From positions 16,306,001 to 16,370,000 of the forward strand of contig NC_092671.1 of NCBI RefSeq assembly GCF_964355755.1: DNA of 64,000 nt, read 5' to 3'. The DNA is from Antedon mediterranea. Its lineage: Eukaryota > Animalia > Echinodermata. The notes below the pieces were generated by a model, which did no database searches, was not told the origin of the DNA, and was given only the letters and a program-made list of their open reading frames with translations. Position 1 is the first letter of the stretch; each line of letters opens with the position of its first letter. Positions 53,484 through 64,000 of the stretch are shown piece by piece. The position numbers were made by a program, and so were the translations under genes.

Positions 53484-54397
53484 AGTCATATACTTGATAA
53501 TTTTTTTTTTCTGGTGGTGTTAAAGCTCTTTGAGCTTATTTAGTCTCCATACACAATGGCGAATATATTTACTGCATTATGTGTACCATACTTATGAATA
53601 TTGCTTTTTAGGAATAAAAGGAACTTGAACTTGAACATAAAGAAAATAAATAAAAGATTCGGATCATAACAGTGTTAAATAAACAAACTATATTGAATAA
53701 TAGGTCTATTTGAATTACAGAATTCAAGATAAGTCAAGTCATACAAGATAAAATAAACAGTAACAACTATAATTAAATTGACATTGTATAGGCCTACTTG
53801 GAAAACAGTAATATTATTTGAAAAATTGTTTACTTCAATTATATTGAGCTTTATTTATCCACGGACACTTAAATCAACTCAACTCGTATTAATACAATAC
53901 TAAGTTCATACAATAATACAAAATCAACTTTACTATACCAAAGATTAAACTTACAAACCGATTGCACACACTTTGTATTAATACGCTTTTGAAACTGAAA
54001 GATAAGTCATTGCACTATGTATTATTTATTTATCTATAAATGAAAATGTATATCTTGTAAAACTAGGCGCCAGCCAAGCAAGCTGCTCGCGTTAATATCT
54101 AATCTCATTAGATTTATGGATTAGATTTGGTGTGTCAGAAGATTTGAACCTATACCTTGGGATTGGAAGGTGAATTTTACTTAGAATTAAGGCTGTTCAA
54201 CTCTACTTGGCACACTTAATTCATATAATATTCTGTGAATGCTTTGAGTTTAGTTTTATGAATACTTCTATAATTGAAAATGAGGCCTAAGGTGATCTAT
54301 AATTACCATTGAAATATGCAAGTCTGTCGATCTGTTGGTTTAACATATTATTATTATATTACTAAATACAAATATACATATTTATTAATACATTATT

Positions 54398-54598
54398 AGG
54401 GAACTTTCGCTTTGCGACAACCGACAACCAAACTACGTCATGTTATTTCATTGTGCGCATTATGGGGAGATATTGGGACGTCCTCGTTTCCCACCTCGAC
54501 ACTGGTGTGATGGTGTCTATGTCCAGGCGACAATTGACGACACATCAATTGACCTGACCTACGTTGGTCGTCGATCATTGTAAATCAAAAGCTTCCAT
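54398..54598. mobile_element. MITE with TIRs related to 49559-49803, ATT target duplication
   Basis: att|agggaactttcgctttgcgac ... gtaaatcaaaagcttccat|att. Confidence 0.7.
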
Positions 54599-55413
54599 AT
54601 TTATTCTATAACTTTTAACAGTTTATTGGACTTCGTTCTGATTGAAGACTGTATGGGTCTTCATAGACACTGTATTGCTAGTCAGATGTTTGTAACAAGT
54701 AATGTTCCATTTCTATGTATATTATAGAAAAACCTGTTATAAATAGAGTTACAAATAGTAACAACTCTCTCGTAATAATGGTTGTTGCACAATCCAATGT
54801 TTGGATCAAAGGTTTATGCCACTTTAACAACTAGTGTTTCAGTTGGCTTTTTCGAACTGCCTATTATTTTATATGATATTTATATATATATAGTTTTAAT
54901 GTTTTGCTTGCTTTTTATATTTGTATGTCCTGTAGAAATCTGAAATAATAGAAATAGAATATACCAGGGAAGAGTTAAATTTAATTTTTATGTAATTTAA
55001 CTTTTCCCTGGAATATACCAACATTACGTTTTTATCACAATGTTCCGAACCATGTACGATTCCTACCAATTCGATTAAATTACTTTATATGGCGAAACTT
55101 CTCAATTTGCCGTTTGTCACATATATAACAAAAATAATAAATACATACAAATGTATAAAAATCATAAAATGGGTAAACATACAGTATACTGGTAATACTG
55201 AATCATAAAAGAATATACAAATACAACACATTAACATAAAATCAATTCAATATTATAAGACTGAGACGGTAAACCTTCAATAACAAAGTTATCATTCGGT
55301 TATTTCTCAAAATTCATCGAAAGTATCGATCGTGTTTTCAATATTTAATAATTTAGATTTGTATTGTACATGTTACCATAGTCTTCCGTGAGATCAATTC
55401 GTATCTTACTTTA

Positions 55414-55570
55414 AGCTCCGCCTACACTAACAAACTAGTTTGACAAAAAAAAGTGTGATGTGCCGAAATATGTTAGTGATGACAAATTATAGTGATATGA
55501 CATCATCATATCCATAAATGGGCACATCACATTTTGATGTCAAAAAAAGTTTGATAGTGTAGACAGAGCT
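55414..55570 (-). mobile_element. MITE family H, complete copy
   Basis: tta|agctccgcctacacta...tagtgtagacagagct|tta. Confidence 0.9.
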
Positions 55571-55687
55571 TTACAGATATCCCGTGGATGTCCATATTAT
55601 TGGTCGACATAATTATATTTCGGTGTTATTTTATTCAGTTTATAGGACAAACTTGCCACGAAGTGTTTTTTGTGTAAGGGGGTATAA

Positions 55688-55820
55688 AGCTCTGTCAACA
55701 CTATCAAACTTCATGTGACAAGAAATGTGCATATATATGGACACGATGACGTCATATCACAACCACATTTTGGTACATCACACTTTTTTGTCAAACTAGT
55801 TTGATAGTGTAGACAGAGCT
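55688..55820 (+). mobile_element. MITE family H, complete copy
   Basis: taa|agctctgtcaacactatcaaact...agtttgatagtgtagacagagct|taa. Confidence 0.9.
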
Positions 55821-56135
55821 TAAGACCTACTCTTGCATGCAGTTGCGTAGGCTTATCTTTGTTCTCAAAACAAATAATAATTACTCAAACACTGACTAAC
55901 GTTACGTTATTGTTTGTTATTGGTATTTGACAATTTCAACACAATACTTAGAACAAACATTTGCAAGATCAATGTATACTTTTATTTACTTTTTATTTAA
56001 TTAAAATAATAACTAGTGTAAATTAAATGTGACGTATTTCTCAACCATCTCAAGACGTTAATTAAAGAATCTTATGGTCCAAAGTAACCCAATATAATTC
56101 ACTTGCAAAACTAATAACTATGCTTATATTAGTTA

Positions 56136-56301
56136 AGCTCTGTCTACACTATCAACATTTTTTTATGGGACACAAAATTGTGATGTGCCCATGGACATGA
56201 TAATGTTATATCACTACCATATTTGGGCCTATCACTACCATATTCGGACATATCACTACCATATATGGGCACATCACCCCTTTTTGTCAAAATAGTTTGA
56301 T
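56136..56301 (+). mobile_element. MITE family H, right TIR truncated, 3 internal 21-bp repeats
   Basis: tta|agctctgtctacactatcaa...(tatcactaccatat..gg.c.)x3...tttttgtcaaaatagtttgat. Confidence 0.85.
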
Positions 56302-58532
56302 TTCAAAAGCCCATTTTGTAATAAATGAAAAAAGAAATTCCAATTTCAAATAAAGATTTTCTGATTTAAAAATTACGATGAAACATACTGGTTGGGTTGT
56401 TTCCTATTACTTATTCAATTAGGCCTACAAACAAATTTAAGAGTTGTTTTGATATTATTCATCATATTATTATTATATTACTGTTAGGCATATAATTGAA
56501 TATTTTGAAGAAGTAGTATGTTAACTAACGTTAATTGAGTTTATGAATTATGCACACTATCAGCCTCAAATTTGAATAGTAAAATAGATGAATAGAAAAC
56601 AATATGTTAATATAATAATAAGTTGATCAAGTTTGATTGAGAATCATGTTTATGCTAAGCCTCTTATAATATTGCGCGTGATAATCTGTAGGCCTGTGTT
56701 ATAACTGAATTCTAAAAATGAGAAATGTTTTTGATTATTACTGGTCGTTAAGACATTCAAGAATATTAGAACACTGCGCTATAATGTCTTTTCACATGGT
56801 ACAGATTTAACCGGAACTATCACTCAGCACTTATTGCGCCACATTAAAATTAACATCTTAAAATTATAAATTACATTTTAATTGAAATATAGCTTTATAT
56901 TGATTTATTATATATTAATAATATTATTTTTTAGGAACACGATGAGATATATATTTCTTCTTTATTTTCTCAATGCAGTTAAATTGCAACCCTGTTTTTT
57001 AAATATTACATGTTACCTGTTTAAGCAATCTAATTTATGCACTTTATAATGATTCCTTTTGTTGTATTGTGGAACGGAAAGCGATAATGGTTTTCATTAT
57101 AGCGCCGAATATGCCTATAATTGCAGAAATAACCATCACCTTTATAGCTGACCCATTATTTCAATATTAAATCCAAATTATTCTTTTACATCGGTGTCTA
57201 ATCAATGATCGACATACTTCATACCACGTGTATCATAATGACGACATAATAGCAATATGTTCGGGTTCTATTTTAACGTTTGCGGAGTGATAGCAACATT
57301 GCTCTTGACAACTGCATTTCGCAATTTCTTTCTCTCTCTTCTTTTCCTACGCGTTGCTATGGGCTATAAGGTATATAGTTCTGTTACTGCGTTCAAAATC
57401 ATCAGAGTAGAGAATACATTGAGAAGCATCGGAGTGGAGCAGGCGACTTGGACCAACCTCTATATTTATAGTATATAAAGGTAAAATATACGTTCAAATA
57501 ATATTATCCGTAACTTAAGTTGAGTGTGAATAGTGATTATACGTGTATCGGTAAAAGATACATTAGTATCGAAAGGCAATGTACATCTTTTAAGTTTCTT
57601 TCATCAATATTTATCTCAAATGTCAATACTTAATATGTCTAAGTACCGTAATAATATAAGTAATACACTGCATGTCTATAAACTTAGTTATTCTTTGGTT
57701 GCGTAAACCATATATCGAATGTTTAGCCTTTGTATTATTCTGGTATGTTATATTATTTACGGCATTTGTATTTACCTTGTTTATATCAACTCAATAGTGT
57801 AACGTCTGGGCATCATTACATGTCCAACAAAATATTGTCTGTATTTCGAAACGATATTTGAAAGTTTCTAGAATAATGTGTTTACTTAAGCCATGAACAG
57901 GCACACATCATGCGCGCGTCCGATATGTATCAGTATTTAATTAAAAGCGCATGTCAATGATGTCTCCATTTGTGATTCGTTATAAAATCGAAAAAAATAT
58001 ATTTGGAGAATAGAAGGTGAATGTTTTAAACGTTAAAACAAATAATTTTCAATCAATTTCATGCGCTTACTGTTTATAATGAAGTTTCTTTTTACGGAAT
58101 TTATTTTTTTATGCGTTTACTCATCGTTATCGACAGCAGCGTATACGCACAAGTTAACGCACGTGCAATGCGTTCTATCTTTTGTGTGTCGACCGTACAG
58201 TACCTGAAGGTTATTCCACCCTAATTCAAATTCTCTAGCACATATTAATCTTCCTAGCTCGTTGTAATCTCTCCTACTTTGCCACTTATTAAAATCATCA
58301 TCCTCTACAATGGTTCTTATTCCGACACTTATCAATGTTTATAATCATTCACTTTTCACTATTTTTATGATAACATTTCACAATGTCGGCTTATGTTGTG
58401 TACAATATTGTACGTTACATAAATCAATATAGATTGAAAGTACTTGGAGAGGCAACGCCACTAGAAATGTTTTTACTATTTTCAATTATTTTTACTAGGC
58501 TTATTTATTATTTTGAAGGGAAAAAATACTTT

Positions 58533-59010
58533 AGTAATGGAAATTTGTGGAATTATAAACGCGTTTTGATATGTTAAAAACGTTTATTAAAAACGCATTG
58601 CAAACGCATTTAGAACTGTTGATAATATCCATTTTATTTCAATTTATGCAAGGTATAAAAATAGAGTAGTCTAATATTGTAAAAATCTGAGGTTGAATCA
58701 ACATATAAAATCCATAAAAAGTAATTATTAATGCATTATTCATAAACTCACTTTAACTGGAAACTTAATAGATTTTGATTAGTGATGAAAATAATATGTG
58801 CAATTTATAAACGCGTTTTAGTATGTTCAAAACGTTATTTACGTTTAACGTTATGTTATTTTAAACGAATTTTAAACGCATTTAAAATTGTTGATTTTAT
58901 TTTATTCCAATTAAAATCCATAAATGTAGCCTAAATTAATAATACATCATTATTCATAGACTCACTTTAACTGGAATGGAAAGATTAATAAATTTGATAA
59001 CTTTGATTAG
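58533..59010. repeat. Diverged tandem duplication, 2 x ~240 bp
   Basis: ttataaacgcgtttt...aaacgcattta.aa.tgttgat...aaaatccataaa...cattattcata.actcactttaactggaa occurs twice. Confidence 0.8.
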
Positions 59011-60469
59011 TTTGGCTGTTCCTAAGCTGTAATAATAATGACACAGATGATAATTGCTCTCATGCACTTAACACTGTTTTGAATCTTTTTAAACAACCGA
59101 ATAATCACATTAACGGCTCAACGTTTTGCGGTACGTCATACCTTACCTAGCCAATCGACTATTATGAATAATTGAATCAATCAAGACATTAAATCTAATT
59201 CCGTTCTCTATAAACTAATAGACAATTTGATTTCACTTATACATTCCGTCACACACTCATACATTCCGTCACACACTCATTAAATCAAAACGATCGGTAA
59301 GACCATTTTCCTTAATAAAAATGTTTTATAAATACATTTTGCGATTTATGACAACCAAATTGTAAACAATTAAAAGTGAATTGTAAAATTTAATTTGGGC
59401 CGTTTAAACATAAACTTAACACTTTTTAAATATATATATATATATATATATTGACCGTATATAACACATAATAATTGTAAAACAATTGGTTGTATCCTTA
59501 TGTGTGCGCAGCCCAAAGAAAGAAAACTAGTTGAATTAGGTCTCTGTGGTACGGTAAATTTGAATTGTTGAATAAGTTGCATGCTGAATAACTGTAAGCT
59601 TGAAGAAGAAAAAAAGAAAGATGGATCTAAGAACAATAACTTGTCTTTCATATATTTAGTGAAGGCAACTTGTTTGTAGTGAATGTCCATTATTTAGATT
59701 ACAAGTATTTACATATAGGCATCAAGTATTCTAATTTCAACAAATTTGAACTAGAATCAAAGCGATTACAATAAGATTATAATGAGTATTAATAACCGTA
59801 ATTTTCTACATATTGATGTTGATAAGTTGTTTTTAGAAACACGCAAGTCACTAGATGGGATTTGATTTATGATTTTTTCATTTTGTAAAGTTATTTATTA
59901 GTTATTTATGAGCTAGTCATTATTCTTAAATCATATTTCCGATTAGGCAACTAAGTATTATAAATTTCTTTTCAATTACGAATGCTGAAATATAGGTAAA
60001 CTCCACATTCAGCGGACGCTTTCTAATAATATGGCCAGAGTGAGATTACACTCCCAATAATATGAATAACGTTTATAAAAGGAATGGTTTATATCTAATA
60101 TTTCTTCAGAATTGGTGAGTTTGAACCTGATTAAAAGAGCAATAGCTGAATAAAAAATGATTATTATGCGCTCAATAAAACATGAGTAATAATGATTATT
60201 ATATTTTATTATTGCGCATATGCACCCAGAGCCCAAGGCACTCAAAGTATTGGCAATAAAACAAATCAAAGATACGAATGTCACAATTCTCAAGTTAATA
60301 GGTATATTCAATTATTTACCAAGAACAAGTTGTTCAATGGAATCAAATCAATTATGTATACTATATACAAAAAAATCTTCTGGCAAACTTTGACATGACA
60401 GCAGGAGATGAACACGTAACAAACCCGATATTATTTTGTTTGGTACAAGCGCTGTAATACAAATATTCA

Positions 60470-60720
60470 TGGTACGCCTTTTTGTACTATGTGTAGTATA
60501 CTACCTATTCAATTCTATGCGTATTTTTTACGAGCGCGTTCACTTCCAATTTTCTAGGTACGCCTTTTGTACTAGCGTGTAATACTACCAATATTGTACG
60601 ATTGTGTAGTACATCGATATTAAATCAATGTACGCCTTTATGGAACTAGCACGTGCACTACCGATACGCAAGGTACACGTACCTATTCGATACGAGAGCG
60701 TATCGCACCAATATTCAAGT
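60470..60720. repeat. Degenerate ~75-85-bp tandem repeat, ~3 copies
   Basis: gtacgccttt...acta...actacc recurs near 60472, 60558 and 60630. Confidence 0.55.
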
Positions 60721-61146
60721 ATCTGTTTTTTTGTATAAGAGTGCGTCAAATATTTGAATCTAATGATTTAATACCAGTAATAATGTCCATCTTGGTGATT
60801 AATTGAATACTATACAACTCAAGAATCTGACAAGCGCATTACGTATTTGATGTAATACCGTATGTATTTAGTATACCTATCAGAAGCGCTATAAATAAAG
60901 ATCAAATGTTTTATGCGTGCGTTACGTATGTGTTATTTCATTTATAATCAGCGAATTTGATTATTCAAACTTGGCATGAAACCAGAACAAAAAATTGAAT
61001 TTCATAGTAAGCTGACAAGGCGGTCGAATGAATGGATAGAGGCGACATTATCAAAATAGTATTACTTACTGAAAAAAAATGATTGTTGTAGGAAATGAAA
61101 ACTTGTTTTGATAGAAGCAGATTTCAACATAACATCAAGTTCCTAA

Positions 61147-61222
61147 AGTGATGTGCCCATGGACACGATGACGTCATATTACTAACCATATTTGGGCACA
61201 TCACACCTTTTTTTGGTCAAAC
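61147..61222 (+). mobile_element. MITE family H, internal fragment
   Basis: gtgatgtgcccatggacacgatgacgtcatat...ccatatttgggcacatcacac.ttttttggtcaaac. Confidence 0.75.
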
Positions 61223-61404
61223 GAGTAACTAAAAACCACTAAAAAAACATATCTTAAAATTGTCCGGTTTTATACGTCACATGTAGACCTACTTTTATTT
61301 GTTTTTTTTTTTAAATAATTTAATTGATTTGTTTCTTTTGGGTTATTCCCACGTTCACATGATTTAGCTTTTTTTTATTATTTATGTTTTAGTTTTTAGG
61401 CTAG

Positions 61405-61545
61405 TTAGGGACGTAGGGGGACACAATTCATCAAGCTCTTTTGAGTTTTTATGTGTTTCCTTTTCATCTTTATTTTATGTTCTCATATATTGTTGTATAT
61501 TTTCATGATTGATGATGAATAAAGAATTTTTGAATTGAATTGACT
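61405..61545 (+). mobile_element. 3' end of a CR1/L2-group LINE
   Basis: Stem-loop aagctcttttgagttt, a T-rich tract, aataaa and a (ttgaa)n tail. Similar 3' ends occur at ~23790-23980 ((tatcg)n), ~37250-37330 (A-rich) and ~53520-53636 ((ttgaac)n). Confidence 0.5.
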
Positions 61546-64000
61546 ACAGTACATTGTTCTAGCAAATGGCCTTTCGTTCGGCTTAGTATATTCACATGAG
61601 TTCAATGTACCCCTAAAAAGAAACAACCAAAAAATACCAGAATGTAAACGATTTATGTTTACATTCATGTACATTTCATTGTACGCGTAAAACGATTTTG
61701 AAACAAATAATTAAACTAAAGAGTGAATCATTCACAAGAAGGAGGTATCGTTCACAGCGATAAATTAATGTCCATTGATTGCAATTCAAACAATTAACAA
61801 TACTTGATATCCATTTGAACTCAACTTGTTGAGTATTAAATATTTCCTTTGTAAATTTCTCGCTATTGTTACATCGTATTTTATAATACACAAGAAATAT
61901 TTCTTACAAAAATCGCCGCTCATACCGTCTACATGCATCTCAATAATTTATCAGCAAATGCGTTCATAGACTCTCTTTTCCCAGACGTGCTTTGGGGTGT
62001 GCGCATGCCCAGTCTGAGTTTTCAAATACCTATTTTTTCAGCCGTAGTAAGTAAACTATAAGCTACCGCATGGTAACTGTTTCCTAGTGCTTCCGTTCTC
62101 TTGACCTTAAATTAGATCTAAACAACGTAGTCATCAAAATGACTTATGACCCAGAATCTCAACGGAGGTTTGATCCTTCGAGTAGTTCAAACTTTTAATT
62201 TGAACCTGGAATCCAACCATTGCAAAATAAATGTATACCTATTATACCAAACTCATTCAATAGTTGGTAATGGTAGTGCAATTATTTTAAAATCACCAAC
62301 AAAGTATTAAAACACACACAAAAAAACATTTTTCGAAGAAAGCTATTTTATGTACGAAAATTACTGTTTAGGTGGAGGTATGAATTTCGCTAAAAGTTAA
62401 CCCAATAAAAATGTTATATCCTTAAACAATTAAATTAGAAGTATAAATATTATTTAGATTAAATGTTCACGTTTAAGTGTGAACTGCATATTTAAGGTTA
62501 TATGTACATTATTTCTATTCGTTCTCCGTAAACGGGAAAATGGCAACTTTATCGTCCTCAAAAAGTTAAGACGACGGAATTTCACGCTAATCTCCGCCCA
62601 CTTTGTTAAAGCTCATGCATATAATTATATGAGCACCGTCCTGTGGCTTCCCGTCGTGTTTCGTAAAGTCCCTAGTGACTGAATAATAAACCCCGATGTT
62701 GTGTATCCAGTGACGACAGGTAGATGGAAACTTTTTAGACATTTCTGCTACGTACAATTCATTATATATATTAGGCCTACCTGTGAACATTAACGCAGAA
62801 ATTATCTACGCTTAAAACTGTTTCATTATTTCTATTTGTTAACCGATAAACCATTGCTTATGCATGACTATAAATATAGTGAAATTCGTTATGACGGTGA
62901 AATTCGTGTGATGGTAAATCTCATAACTTACGAGAGTTAACCGCACTGAGTACTGTAATGCTTCCTTCATCATTAGTCTGATGACGGCAGATAAATTATA
63001 AACTTACATGTTCAATTTTTGTTCCATTTGTAACAAAATTCTGAAACGACTATTAACGTTTAAATTGATTTTGTACTTATGCCTACACCTCATTTGTTTC
63101 TATTTAGCGTTTGTATGACAGAAGTCAACGTTTGTGTGCCAGAAGTCACCAGATGCCAGAAGTCATTAAACATTTTTAGCCCTAGAGCACAAGCCCTATA
63201 ACTAAAACGTAGAAATGTTATGTACTAGTTGCTTTTACCGTCGCTGTATACAATTCCCAGCCCGACATCGACTTTTGTACGCGCACCACAGCCTGTAATG
63301 TTACGTTGCAACGCGTGGTGCGTCACTGACAAGTCACCGTGCTTTCACTATCAAAGTGGAGTCAACATGTACCGTACTTCTTTATTCTATTTATTCTATA
63401 CTTATGAACAAACATTAAACAAACTTCATATCACTTTATGATGCAGACAACACTCTTTACGAGCGTTTACGTAATTGTATTTTCACGCTTACCATCCTAT
63501 TATGAAAATTGTATTCATTTTACGCGCGTATCAATATATTAATAGTAACCAATTTGGTTAAGTTAAGTCAGTTTTACACAGGCCCTTAAAACAATATATG
63601 ACATGCATGATGGGAAATGTATATATGCATTACGTTAACTCGTCAAATCTACTTAAAGAACGTCAAAATTAAATCAAAATATCTTTGACGAGAACATCAC
63701 TGTTACCTACTTACTGTATGTTGTACAGCCTTTTGAAGAATCAGGTTACGGGTTTAGTTACGTTTTCTCGTATGAACGTTACAGTTTATGATATCGCGCT
63801 AACATATGGCGCACATAAATCATTTGTTCACTTAAATAGATACCGACTACTTTATTGCTCATTTCAAAAGTCTACTTAACAGAAATCGTTCCATAATTTA
63901 CTCCCAATGTTTGTTAATGATATTTATCATAATCATAATTGTTATTTTCGATAATCCGTACACTATTTTTCAAAACCATTATATCCGTTATTTAGACTAC

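Noticed and set aside
18379-63879. Remaining 60-150-aa ORFs in the track (e.g. 20035, 27070, 37705, 58117)
   Set aside because: Composition is typical of random AT-rich frames, there are no recognisable domains, many use non-ATG starts, and several cross repeat boundaries.

Overview
Eukaryotic (animal) genomic DNA, AT-rich, with no intact host gene recognisable. A Deu-domain SINE and the repeat content suggest an invertebrate deuterostome such as an echinoderm (inference). Bases 1-~9710 are a satellite array built entirely from two palindromic modules (~91 bp and ~105 bp; 286- and ~195-bp monomers; one ~4.9-kb higher-order repeat). It decays into older, more symmetric copies out to ~10950, with remnants to ~12850. 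A near full-length RTE-clade LINE (APE endonuclease + reverse transcriptase, two frameshifts, one in-frame deletion, (GA)n tail) sits at 6127-9246, next to the axis of an 18-bp perfect palindrome, and may have duplicated a whole ~287-bp monomer. Two minisatellites follow (50 bp x15; ~49 bp x~28 with a 543-bp higher-order unit). The remaining ~46 kb is intergenic or intronic DNA with Harbinger-type and other MITEs, a Helentron-type HINE, tRNA-derived SINEs, LINE 3' remnants and Penelope-like fragments carrying complementary halves of a hammerhead ribozyme. TAGGCCTA and TACWGTA are strongly over-represented and look like transposon excision footprints. All ORF-track entries other than the RTE ORFs appear spurious.
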